DNA from: Candidatus Eiseniibacteriota bacterium
GTDB lineage: Bacteria > Eisenbacteria > RBG-16-71-46
DNA: 64,000 bases
Direction of reading: 5' to 3'
Assembly (NCBI GenBank): GCA_963776245.1
Contig: CAVZLN010000006.1
Coordinates: 608,001 to 672,000 of the forward strand
Part shown: piece by piece, positions 50,657 through 59,929 of the stretch
Layout: the number at the start of each line of letters is the position of its first letter
Numbering within the stretch: the first letter of the stretch is position 1
The notes under the pieces: generated by a model
Database searches by the model: none
Seen by the model: only the letters and a program-made list of their open reading frames with translations
Told to the model about the DNA's origin: nothing
Position numbers and translations under genes: made by a program

Positions 50657-52126
50657 TCAGCGCACCGCGGCGATCCGGCGCGCGGCGGACTGGCCGCCCG
50701 ATCGCGCCCGCACCAGGTAGATCCCGGGACCGACGCGCCGGCCGGCCTCGTCGCACAGGTCCCAGCTCAGCGGGTGCTCGCCGCCCGCGAGCTCACCCCG
50801 GGCGAGCACTCGCACGCGCCGCCCCGCAGGATCGAACACCTCGGCCACCACCTCGCCGCGGTGCGCCATCCGCAGCGTGAGCGCGACGGCGTCGCGCGCG
50901 GGGTTCGGCCGCGGCGCCGACAGGGCCAGTCTCGCCGGGAGATCGTCGTCGGGCCCGGGCGCGCCGGGCGGCAGCGGCGTCAGGTTCACGTCGTCGCGGT
51001 CGAAGACGATCTGGTAGGGCGGCAGCCCGGTGGCGAGCGGGCCCGCGAGAGGCGCGTCGGAGCCACAGCCGAACACCCGCAGCCCGGGTGCGGAAGGGCG
51101 GGTGTCGCACACCCACAGCTCGTCGCGCGAGCGGCTCACCGCCAGGTCGGGCAGGGAGAAGCCGCCGGGGGCGTACACGGTGGCGATCCTCTCGCCGCGG
51201 GTGGCGCTCCACGAGACCACGGAGGTGTTGAACGACGCGTCGCTCACGATCGCGTACGAGTGGTCGGGAAGCCAGTACGCGAAGTCGCCGATGTCGCCCC
51301 CCAGCGCCTCCTCGGTGACCAGGAAACCGGCGCTCGCGTAGCGCGGCGCGTCCGGCGGGAGGCCGCCGCCGGGCGCCGGGCCGCCGCCGGAGTTGACCGG
51401 GATGGACTCGATACCGCCGTCGAGCACGCCGTACGCGCCGGCGCAGCCGATCAGCAGGCGCCCCCCGACGGAATCGAGCTCGAACGCGGTGGTGGGGTTG
51501 CGTCCGGTCAGCGGGATGCCCTGGACCCCGGGGCGACCCGGATCCACGTCGAGCACAGTGTCCGCGGCGAGATCGATCACCGCCACCAGGCTGGTCTCGG
51601 AGGGCGCGAAGTTCACCAGCCGCTGGAGCGCGACGAACAGCATCCCGTCCGCGGTCGCCATGCGCGTCGCCTCGGGCAGACCGTCGGCGTCCGCGAACCC
51701 GGCGAGCGGGATCGCGCCCGTCACCGTGCCCGCGCTCGGGTTCACGATCAGCAGCTGGGCCAGCCCGAGGCACGAGACGTACGCCTTGGTCGCGGACACC
51801 ACCGCGATGTCCTGGGGGTTGGTGCCGTTGCCGGTCGAGAACTGGCGCAGCGTCGCGTAGCCCTGCGCCGGAGCCACCACCTGGATGTTGTCCTGGCCGT
51901 ACCGGTTGACCACATAGAGCCGCCCGCCCCACCAGCGCAGCGTGGCGTCGGAGTGCACGCGCGCGACGTCGGCCTGCACCGCGCGCGTCGCGAGGTCCAC
52001 GGCGCTCAGGCCGCCGGTGGTGAAGTCGGTGGTGACGACGTACCCACGGGTCTCGTTCGGAACGGCGGAGCCCACCCTCGGGAGCAGTGCGAGGAGCGCG
52101 AAGAACGCGAGCGATGCACGGTGCAT
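50657..52126 (-). CDS. Secreted YncE/BtuG-like beta-propeller with a C-terminal FlgD-Ig/CTD-like domain
   Basis: LYVVNRYGQDNIQV and NPQDIAVVSATKAYVS blades, then PRPNP...FDPAGRRVR...WDLCDEAG...GIYLVR. Lies downstream of the TonB receptor. Confidence 0.75.
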   Translation of the reverse strand: MHRASLAFFALLALLPRVGSAVPNETRGYVVTTDFTTGGLSAVDLATRAVQADVARVHSDATLRWWGGRLYVVNRYGQDNIQVVAPAQGYATLRQFSTGNGTNPQDIAVVSATKAYVSCLGLAQLLIVNPSAGTVTGAIPLAGFADADGLPEATRMATADGMLFVALQRLVNFAPSETSLVAVIDLAADTVLDVDPGRPGVQGIPLTGRNPTTAFELDSVGGRLLIGCAGAYGVLDGGIESIPVNSGGGPAPGGGLPPDAPRYASAGFLVTEEALGGDIGDFAYWLPDHSYAIVSDASFNTSVVSWSATRGERIATVYAPGGFSLPDLAVSRSRDELWVCDTRPSAPGLRVFGCGSDAPLAGPLATGLPPYQIVFDRDDVNLTPLPPGAPGPDDDLPARLALSAPRPNPARDAVALTLRMAHRGEVVAEVFDPAGRRVRVLARGELAGGEHPLSWDLCDEAGRRVGPGIYLVRARSGGQSAARRIAAVR

Positions 52127-52138
52127 GGTGTCCTTCGA

Positions 52139-54160
52139 CTAGCGGTGGATGGGCTCCGCCGGACCGACGCGCGTCTCGCAGGCGACGAACACGGTGCGGC
52201 CGGGCAGCGGGAATCCCGCCACGTCGGTGACGTGGCGGTCGGTCAGGTTCTTGCCTTCGAGCGTCAGGCGCAGCCGGCCGCGCAGGACCGGCCACGACAG
52301 TGAGGCACCCGCCAGGGTGCGGCTCGGGACGCGGTCGCGATTGTACGGATCGAGCACGTTGTCCCCGATGACCTGCACGTCGGCCGCGAACCGCAGCGCG
52401 CCCGCCGGCGCGTCGAGCCGCAGGTAGGCCTGGCGGTCGGGGCGCTGCGGCAGGCGCTTGCCGCGCAGCCAGGCCGTGTCGCTCTGGTCGATCGCCGACT
52501 GCCAGGTCAGGTTCCCGAGCAGCGCGGGGCCGCCGGGGACCGCCACCCGCGCGCTGAGCTCCTCGCCGCGGATGCGCGCGCGCGAGACGTTCTCGGCGCG
52601 CGAGTAGCTCTGCGACAGGCGGGTGTAGAGGATGAGATCGCGCGGCCGCGACTCGAAGTGCGCCCACTCGAGTGCGGCGCGCGCCCGCCGCAGCGCCCCG
52701 TTCCACGCCGCGCCGGCGTCCCAGTTCCTGCCCCGTTCGGGGAGCAGCGCGGGATTGCCGACCACGAAGCCCTGGTTGCCGAACAGCTCGAGGAAGTCGG
52801 GGGCGCGCTCGGCCGCGCTCCAGTTGGAGCGCAGTTCGAGCCCGCGCCCCACGGCCACGCGCGCGCCGAGCTGCGGCGAATCGAGGGTGCGCGCGAGGTC
52901 GATCGACTGGACGCGGTCGCCCACGCCGCCGGTGCGACGCTGGTCGCGCAGCCGGTCCCAGCGGCGCGCGGCGCGCAGCAGCAGGCGGTCCCCGGGGGAG
53001 CGCCACTGGGCGCCCAGCAGCGCGCCCGTGCTGCGGCGGCTGCTCGGCGGCGGATCGGTGAACGGGTCGGCCGCGTCGGTCAGCCGGGCGCGCTCGCGGC
53101 GCGCGCTGGCGCCGGCCTCGAGCGCGAACCCGCCCGGGAGCGCCGGCCACTGGAGCGAGAGCGCGGCGTCCTCGCCCGTGAAGCGGTCGTCGGTGTCGTG
53201 GCGCCCGAGCCCGAGCTCGCCGGAGCGCGCGCGATCGCGCAGCCGGGAGCGCTCGCGCTGGAGCGCCGCGCGCACGCGCACCGCCGGCGTCGCGCGGCCG
53301 GCCTCGCGCTCGGCCTCGAACCGGGTGAGGGCGCGCACGAACGCCAGCCGGGCCTCGCGCGCCGGCACCACCCCGAGACCGGGGAGGCCCTGGGCCTTGT
53401 GGAAGACGTCCTCACGCAGCGTCACCCGCAGGCCTTCGCCCGGCCGCCAGGTGGCGCTGGAGAGCAGCGTGGCGGAGGCGAATCGGTTGTTCACGCGGGT
53501 GCTCAGGCTGTCGTCGCCGGGATTGAACGGCGTGCCGTTGTCGTCGGCGAAGCGGAAGTCGCCGCGCGAGGACTGGTAGCCGGCGTGCACCAGCGCCCCG
53601 AGCGTGCCGCGCCGGGCACCCGCCGTGGCGCGTCCCTCCCAGGTGCCGAACGAGCCGCGCGCCACGCGCGCGTCGAGCAGGTCGGGTGAGGCCGCGGTGA
53701 TCAGGTTGATGGCCCCGCCCGGCGTGGCCGCGCCGAGACCCAGCGGCGCGACGCCGCGGTACACCTCGACCCGCTCCACCGCGGTGAACGGCAGCTCGGC
53801 GAGATCGACCACGCCGTGCGCCGCCGAGGTGATGGGCGCGCCGTCGAGGAACACCGCCACCTGGCCCGCCGGCGCGCCGCGCAGGGACACCGTGCTGAAC
53901 GCGCCGAGCCCGCCGTACTGCACCACGTGGACCCCGGCGGCGCCCGCCATCACCTCGGCGAGCGATTCGAGGGCGCGCCCCGAGACCCCGGCGGGAAGGT
54001 CGGCGACGAACGCGGTGGGCTGGCGGCGGCGGGCGCCCTCGAGCCGCGCGCGTTCGCGGTCCACGCGCACCTCGGGGAGCACGAACACGGTGTCGCGCAC
54101 CGGCGCCGCCGCGGCCGGCGCGGAGGCGAGCAGGAGCAGGAGTGCGGCGGAACCGATCAC
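52139..54160 (-). CDS. TonB-dependent receptor, probable cobalamin importer (BtuB-like)
   Basis: Plug motifs GGLGAFSTVSLRG...VFLDG...VERVEVYRG...GGAINLIT, GNPALLPE and KNLTD...FPLPGR. Downstream of a B12 riboswitch. Start placed at the GTG at 54160. Confidence 0.85.
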   Translation of the reverse strand: MIGSAALLLLLASAPAAAAPVRDTVFVLPEVRVDRERARLEGARRRQPTAFVADLPAGVSGRALESLAEVMAGAAGVHVVQYGGLGAFSTVSLRGAPAGQVAVFLDGAPITSAAHGVVDLAELPFTAVERVEVYRGVAPLGLGAATPGGAINLITAASPDLLDARVARGSFGTWEGRATAGARRGTLGALVHAGYQSSRGDFRFADDNGTPFNPGDDSLSTRVNNRFASATLLSSATWRPGEGLRVTLREDVFHKAQGLPGLGVVPAREARLAFVRALTRFEAEREAGRATPAVRVRAALQRERSRLRDRARSGELGLGRHDTDDRFTGEDAALSLQWPALPGGFALEAGASARRERARLTDAADPFTDPPPSSRRSTGALLGAQWRSPGDRLLLRAARRWDRLRDQRRTGGVGDRVQSIDLARTLDSPQLGARVAVGRGLELRSNWSAAERAPDFLELFGNQGFVVGNPALLPERGRNWDAGAAWNGALRRARAALEWAHFESRPRDLILYTRLSQSYSRAENVSRARIRGEELSARVAVPGGPALLGNLTWQSAIDQSDTAWLRGKRLPQRPDRQAYLRLDAPAGALRFAADVQVIGDNVLDPYNRDRVPSRTLAGASLSWPVLRGRLRLTLEGKNLTDRHVTDVAGFPLPGRTVFVACETRVGPAEPIHR

Positions 54161-54284
54161 GGCGTCTCTCGCGCTTGGATCGAGAAAGCCCGGCGTCGCG
54201 AGAGAGGATCTCGGGAGGCCGGGCCCGGAGAGCGCCGCGCACACCCTCGACGCTCTCACTCGAAGCGTCACGGGCAAGGCTTCC

Positions 54285-54436
54285 GGGCAGGTTTCCTGGC
54301 TCAGGACCGTGCGGATCCTCGCCTTCCCAGCCCGGAGGCCAGTGGCGTACAGAGGATCCTGGGGACCATCACAGTGGCGGGACCGCGGGGGATTCACACC
54401 CCCTTCCCTTTCAACCCACGACGTGCGGGCACCCGG
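54285..54436 (-). ncRNA. Cobalamin (B12) riboswitch
   Basis: Minus strand reads GGTGCCC...AAAGGGAA.GGGGTGTGAATCCCCCGCGGTCCCGCCACTGT...GCCACTGG...TGGGAAGGC...AGCCAGGAAACCTGCC (B12 box). Confidence 0.93.
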
Positions 54437-54555
54437 AAGATGTCGCGCGCACCATGCCCCCCGCGTCCGCTCCCGTCAAGTGGGGAGCCGCGCCGGGTGG
54501 TACGCTCGCTCGCGCCGCGCGACGGCGCGCCCGCTCGACACCCGAGGAGCCTCGC

Positions 54556-55035
54556 ATGCAGGAGATCGCGCTCAAGGTCATCGCCACGGTGCGCAACGCG
54601 CGCACCGGCACCTCCGACGACACCGCGTGGGGCGCCGTGGAGTCGGTGATCGAGATGGCGCCCGGGTACGCCGACGGGCTCGCCGGTCTCGACTCGTTCT
54701 CCCACGTGCTGGTGGTGTTCTTCATGGACCGCGACGTCGGCGAGGCCCCGGCGCTCCAGCGCCGCCCGCGCGGACGCCCCGACATGCCGCTGCTCGGCGT
54801 GTTCGCCCAGCGCGGGCGCAACCGCCCCAACCCGATCGGGGTGACCGCGGCGACGCTGGTGCGGGTGGAGCCCGGCCGGGTGGTGGTGTGCGGGCTCGAC
54901 GCGGTGGACGGCACCCCGGTGCTCGACCTCAAGCCCTACGTACCGGCGTTCGACCGCCGCGATCCGGCGCGCCTTCCGGAGTGGATGCCGCGCCTGATGC
55001 GCGACTACTTCTTCCCCGGCGACGCGACGCCCTGA
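54556..55035 (+). CDS. trmO: TrmO/TsaA (YaeB) family SAM-dependent methyltransferase
   Basis: GLAGLDSFSH...GVFAQRGRNRPNPIG...GLDAVDGTPVLDLKPY. Confidence 0.8.
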   Translation: MQEIALKVIATVRNARTGTSDDTAWGAVESVIEMAPGYADGLAGLDSFSHVLVVFFMDRDVGEAPALQRRPRGRPDMPLLGVFAQRGRNRPNPIGVTAATLVRVEPGRVVVCGLDAVDGTPVLDLKPYVPAFDRRDPARLPEWMPRLMRDYFFPGDATP

Positions 55036-55044
55036 TCGCGGTGG

Positions 55045-55761
55045 CTATCGCCGCTGGTCGGCAAGCGCGCAGGCGCGGCGGAACACCGCGTGCCACATCG
55101 GGCGCGTGAGCCGGCCGGTGTTGGTGTTCTGGCGGCTCGGATGGTACGAGGCGAGCAGCGTCACGCCCTCGAGCGTGGCCTCCGCGCCGTGCGCGAAGCG
55201 CGGGCGCTCGCGGGCGGCGAGGCGCTCCCACCAACCCGTGGCGCGCAGCCAGGCCTCGTGCCCGATGCGGCCGAGCGTCACCACCACGCGCACCTCGCGC
55301 AGCAGCGCACACTCCGCGGCGAGGAACCCGCGGCAGCGCTCGAGCTCGGCCCCGGTGGGCCGGTTGGCGGGCGGCGCGCACCGTCCCGCCGCGGTGACGT
55401 ACGCGCCGGTCAGCCGCAGACCGTCGTCGCGTCCCACGCTGGTCGGCTGGTTCGCGAAGCCCTCGGCGTGGAGCGCCTCGTAGAGCCAGTCGCCGCTCGA
55501 GTCCCCGGTGAACACGCGCCCGGTGCGATTGCCGCCGTGCGCCGCCGGGGCGAGGCCGACCACCAGCAGCCGGGCGTTCGCGTCGCCGAAGCCCGGGACC
55601 GGACGGCCCCAGTAGAGCTGGTCGCGGAACTCGCGCTTGCGCTCGCGCGCGACCGCGGCGCAGTGCGCGCGCAGACGCGGGCACGCCTCGCACTCCACGA
55701 TCGCCCGCGCCACCGCCGCGAGCGTGCGCGGGCTCGCCGCGGGCCTCAGCGGCCGGGCCAT
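55045..55761 (-). CDS. Uracil-DNA glycosylase family 5 (UdgB-like, Fe-S)
   Basis: CEACPRL, YWGRPVPGFG, GLAPAAHGGNRTGRVFTGD, RCAPPAN and YHPSRQNTNTG. Confidence 0.93.
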   Translation of the reverse strand: MARPLRPAASPRTLAAVARAIVECEACPRLRAHCAAVARERKREFRDQLYWGRPVPGFGDANARLLVVGLAPAAHGGNRTGRVFTGDSSGDWLYEALHAEGFANQPTSVGRDDGLRLTGAYVTAAGRCAPPANRPTGAELERCRGFLAAECALLREVRVVVTLGRIGHEAWLRATGWWERLAARERPRFAHGAEATLEGVTLLASYHPSRQNTNTGRLTRPMWHAVFRRACALADQRR

Positions 55762-55847
55762 GCCACGCGGGCTCCGGGCCGCCGGGCTCGCCGCGGCCCC
55801 GGTGTGCGCAGCCGCCGGCGCGATCCCATACGGTCAGCATAGGAGGC

Positions 55848-55882
55848 TTGATTCGCCCTGGGCAAGCCCCTAGATTCCCCCG
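55848..55882 (+). promoter_or_regulatory. Sigma70 promoter placed for a leaderless permease transcript
   Basis: TTGATT (55848-55853)-N17-TAGATT (55871-55876)-N6-GTG (55883), with no SD. Confidence 0.65.
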
Positions 55883-57883
55883 GTGCTCGAACGCATAAGG
55901 GACGTCCTGACCGCCCTGCGGGAACTCCTCATCGGGCGTCCCAAGAACCTCCTCGACCCGCATATCCATCACAGCCTGGCCCTCATCGCGATCTTCGCAT
56001 GGGTGGGCCTTGGCTCGGACGGGCTGTCGTCCTCGTCCTACGGGCCCGAGGAGGCGTTCCTCCACCTCGGCGCGCACCAGCATCTCGCCATCTTCCTCGC
56101 GCTCGCGACGGTCATCACCATCTTCCTGATCTCGGCCTCGTACGGGCAGATCATCGAGCTGTTCCCGAGCGGCGGCGGCGGCTACCTGGTGGCGACCAAG
56201 CTGCTCGGCACCTACCCCGGGGTGATCTCGGGCTCGGCGCTGGTGGTGGACTACATCCTCACCATCGCGATCTCGGTGGCCTCGGGATGCGACGCGATCT
56301 TCTCGTTCCTTCCCCACGGCCTGAGCGGCTTCAAGGTCGGCGTCGAGCTGCTCATCATCCTCGGGCTCACCGCCCTCAACCTGCGCGGGGTGAAGGAGTC
56401 CGTGCAGGTGCTGATGCCCATCTTCGTGGCCTTCGTGATCACCCACGTGGTGCTGATCCTCAAAGGCATCCTCGGACACACGACCCTGCTCCCCCACCTG
56501 CTCGGCGACACGCTGCGCGACACCCAGGGCGCGGTGCAGGATCTCGGACTGTGGGGGGTCATCTTCGTCTTCCTCCGCGCCTTCTCGCTCGGCGGCGGCA
56601 CGTTCACCGGCATCGAGGCGGTCAGCAACAGCACCGACATCCTGCGCGAGCCGCGGGTCGAGACCGGCAAGCGCACCATGCTCTACATGGCGTTCTCGCT
56701 GTCGTTCGTCTCGGGCGGCATCCTGCTGTGCTACCTGCTCAACGGCGTCGGGCACGCCGAGGGCAAGACGCTCAACGCCACGCTGTGGGAGATCATCATC
56801 GGCGGCTGGAACATCGGCGGCTTCAACGTCGGGCCGGCGGTCGTGATCATCACGCTGCTCAGCGAGGGCGCGCTGCTGTTCGTGGCCGCGCAGACCGGAT
56901 TCGTCGCCGGCCCGCGCACGCTGGCGGCGATGGCGGTGGACCACTGGGTGCCCAAGCGCATGGCGCACCTGTCCGAGCGGCTGGTCACCCAGAACGGCGT
57001 CCTCGCCATGGGCGCGGCGGCCGCGATGGTGCTGCTCTACTCCCACGGCGCGGTGCGGCTGCTCGTCATCATGTACTCCATCAACGTGTTCATGACGTTC
57101 ACGCTATCGCAGCTCGGCATGGTGCGGCACTGGTGGAACGAGCGCCACGCGCTCGGACACTGGCGCCGGCGCATGATCGTGGCCAGCCTCGGCACCGCGG
57201 TCACCGGCGGCATCCTCGTCATCACGTCGGTGGTCAAATTCGGCGAGGGCGGCTGGGTCACCCTGGTCGCGACCGCGTGCCTGATCGCGTTCTGCTTCAT
57301 CGTGCGGCGCCACTACCACCGGGTGCGCACCATGCTCTCGTCGCTCGACGAGGTGCTCACCAACCTGCCGCTGCCCGAGCCCAAGGAGGTCGCCGAGCTG
57401 GCGCCCGACGGGCCCACCGCCATCGTGCTGGTGGAGTCGTACGCCGGCCTCGGCATCCACACGCTGCTGTCGGTGCAGCGCATGTTCCCGCGCCACTTCA
57501 AGAACTTCGTCTTCTGCTCGGTCGGCCTGGTGGACTCCGGCCAGTTCAAGGGCACCGCCGACATGCAGGCGCTCGAGGAGAAGGTGCGCAAGGACCTCGG
57601 GCAGTACGTGAACCTCGCGCAACGCATGGGTTACTACGCGGAATACCGCTACACGCTCGGCACCGACCTGATCGAGGAGCTCGAGCACATGTGCATGGAC
57701 CTCATCAAGGAGTTCCGGCGCCCGGTGGTGTTCGCCGGCCAGCTGGTGTTCCAGCGCGAGAGCCTGTTCACGCGCACGCTGCACCACGAGACCGCGTTCT
57801 CGGTCCAGCGCCGGCTGCAGTTCCGCGGGGTCCAGGTCATCATCCTGCCGATCCGCGTGTGGGAGCGGAAGGGCGCGGCCTGA
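55883..57883 (+). CDS. APC superfamily permease, KimA/YdaO-like K+ transporter (copy 1)
   Basis: SDGLSSSSYGPEEAF, FPSGGGGY, VDY, NLRGVKES, TGIEAVSN and KFGEGGW, plus a soluble C-terminal domain. Confidence 0.85.
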   Translation: MLERIRDVLTALRELLIGRPKNLLDPHIHHSLALIAIFAWVGLGSDGLSSSSYGPEEAFLHLGAHQHLAIFLALATVITIFLISASYGQIIELFPSGGGGYLVATKLLGTYPGVISGSALVVDYILTIAISVASGCDAIFSFLPHGLSGFKVGVELLIILGLTALNLRGVKESVQVLMPIFVAFVITHVVLILKGILGHTTLLPHLLGDTLRDTQGAVQDLGLWGVIFVFLRAFSLGGGTFTGIEAVSNSTDILREPRVETGKRTMLYMAFSLSFVSGGILLCYLLNGVGHAEGKTLNATLWEIIIGGWNIGGFNVGPAVVIITLLSEGALLFVAAQTGFVAGPRTLAAMAVDHWVPKRMAHLSERLVTQNGVLAMGAAAAMVLLYSHGAVRLLVIMYSINVFMTFTLSQLGMVRHWWNERHALGHWRRRMIVASLGTAVTGGILVITSVVKFGEGGWVTLVATACLIAFCFIVRRHYHRVRTMLSSLDEVLTNLPLPEPKEVAELAPDGPTAIVLVESYAGLGIHTLLSVQRMFPRHFKNFVFCSVGLVDSGQFKGTADMQALEEKVRKDLGQYVNLAQRMGYYAEYRYTLGTDLIEELEHMCMDLIKEFRRPVVFAGQLVFQRESLFTRTLHHETAFSVQRRLQFRGVQVIILPIRVWERKGAA

Positions 57884-57896
57884 GGGCGGCCCCGCC

Positions 57897-59885
57897 ATGC
57901 TGAAACGCGTGCGCGGCGCCCTGATCGGCGCTCCCAGGAACCTCCTCGATCCGCACATCCACCATCGGCTCGCCCTGATCGCGTTCTTCGCGTGGGTCGG
58001 GCTGGGCTCGGACGGGCTGTCGTCGTCGTCCTACGGCCCCGAGGAGGCGTTCCTCGCGCTCGGCGCGCACACCCACCTCGCGCTCTACCTGGCGGTGGCG
58101 CTGGTGCTCACGGTGTTCCTGATCTCGGCCTCGTACTCCCAGATCATCGAGCTGTTCCCGAGCGGCGGCGGCGGCTATCTGGTGGCCACGCGCCTGCTCT
58201 CGCCCGGCCTCGGGCTGGTCTCCGGCAGCGCGCTGGTGATCGACTACATGCTCACCGTGGCGACCTCCGTGGCCTCGGGCTGCGACGCCATCTTCTCGTT
58301 CCTGCCGGGCCTCACGGGGGTCAAGCTCGAGGCCGAGTTCGCGGTCATCGCGGGGCTCACGCTGCTCAACCTGCGCGGCGTGCGCGAGTCGGTGGCGGCG
58401 CTGGTGCCGATCTTCCTCGCCTTCGTCGTCACCCATCTCGGGCTCATCCTGTGGGGGATCCTCTCCCATGGCCCGGCGCTCGGGCACCTGGTCGCCGACA
58501 CCGTCGCCGACACCCATTCCGCGATCGGCGAGGTCGGGCTGCTGGGGGTGCTGGCGATCTCGCTGCGCGCGTTCTCGCTCGGCGGCGGCACGTTCACCGG
58601 CATCGAGGCGGTGAGCAACGGCGTCCAGATCCTGCGCGAGCCGCGGGTGAGGACCGCGAAGCGGACCATGCTCTACATGGCCGCCTCGCTCTCGTTCACC
58701 GCCGGCGGGATCCTGCTGTGCTACCTGCTCAATGGCGTCACGCACGAGCCCGGCCGGACGCTCAACGCGTCGCTCTGGGCGCTCCTGACGCACGGCTGGC
58801 ACATCGGCCGGTTCGACCTCGGGCCCCCGATCGTGGTGATCACGCTGATCAGCGAGGGCGCGCTGCTGTTCGTCGCCGCGCAGACCGGGTTCATCGACGG
58901 GCCGCGGACGCTCTCGGTGATGGCGGTCGACCGCTGGGTGCCGAGCCGGTTCGCGCATCTCTCGGAACGCCTCGTCACCCAGAACGGCGTGCTGCTCATG
59001 GGCGCGGCCACCATCGCGGTACTGGCCTACACGCGCGGCGCGGTGAAGCTGCTGGTGGTGATGTACTCGATCAACGTGTTCATCACCTTCACGCTGTCGC
59101 AGGCCGGCATGGTGCGCCACTGGTGGCAGGTGCGGCGCTCCGAGGCCCACTGGCGCCGCCGGCTGGTGCTCGCCGGGCTCGGCGCGCTGGTCACCGCGCT
59201 GATCCTCGCGGTCACCTCGGTGGTCAAATTCGGCGAGGGCGGCTGGGTCACGCTCGCGGTGACTGCCGTGTTCGCCGGCGTGTGCCTGCTGATCCGCCGC
59301 CACTACCGCCAGGTCGGCGAGATCATGAAGGGGCTCGACGACACGCTGCTCGATCTGCCGTTCCACGACGACGTCCCCGAGCGCGCGCTGGCGCCCAACG
59401 GACCCACCGCCGTGGTGTGCGTCGGGGCCTACGACGGTCTCGGGGTGCACACGCTGCTGTCGGTGCAGCGCCTGCTGCCGCACCACTTCAAGAACGTCGT
59501 GTTCGTGTCTGCGGGCATCGTGGACTCGGGGCGATTCAAGGGCGCCGACAGCACGCGGGCCCTCGAGGACCAGGTGGCCGCCGATCTGGGCCAGTACGTC
59601 CGCCTCGCCAACCGCATGGGGTACTATGCCGAATATCGGTACGCGCTCGGCACCGATTCGGTCGAGGAACTCGAGGCGCTGTGCGCCTCGCTCACCCGCG
59701 AGTTCCGCGGGGTGACGGTGTTCCTCGGCCAGCTGGTGTTCGAGCGCGAGAATCTGTTGACGCGCGTGCTGCATCAGGAGACGGCGTTCGCGATCCAGCG
59801 GCGCCTGCAGTTCCGCGGGATGCAGTCGGTCATCCTGCCGATCCGGGTCTGGGAGCCGAAGGCGTCCGGGCCCGGGATCGGCTGA
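57897..59885 (+). CDS. APC superfamily permease, KimA/YdaO-like K+ transporter (copy 2)
   Basis: Same motifs as copy 1 and collinear with it over the full length. Confidence 0.85.
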   Translation: MLKRVRGALIGAPRNLLDPHIHHRLALIAFFAWVGLGSDGLSSSSYGPEEAFLALGAHTHLALYLAVALVLTVFLISASYSQIIELFPSGGGGYLVATRLLSPGLGLVSGSALVIDYMLTVATSVASGCDAIFSFLPGLTGVKLEAEFAVIAGLTLLNLRGVRESVAALVPIFLAFVVTHLGLILWGILSHGPALGHLVADTVADTHSAIGEVGLLGVLAISLRAFSLGGGTFTGIEAVSNGVQILREPRVRTAKRTMLYMAASLSFTAGGILLCYLLNGVTHEPGRTLNASLWALLTHGWHIGRFDLGPPIVVITLISEGALLFVAAQTGFIDGPRTLSVMAVDRWVPSRFAHLSERLVTQNGVLLMGAATIAVLAYTRGAVKLLVVMYSINVFITFTLSQAGMVRHWWQVRRSEAHWRRRLVLAGLGALVTALILAVTSVVKFGEGGWVTLAVTAVFAGVCLLIRRHYRQVGEIMKGLDDTLLDLPFHDDVPERALAPNGPTAVVCVGAYDGLGVHTLLSVQRLLPHHFKNVVFVSAGIVDSGRFKGADSTRALEDQVAADLGQYVRLANRMGYYAEYRYALGTDSVEELEALCASLTREFRGVTVFLGQLVFERENLLTRVLHQETAFAIQRRLQFRGMQSVILPIRVWEPKASGPGIG

Positions 59886-59929
59886 GTCGGGCGCGGCCCC
59901 CACCCGTCGCGCCGTCCGAAGGAGGAGCG

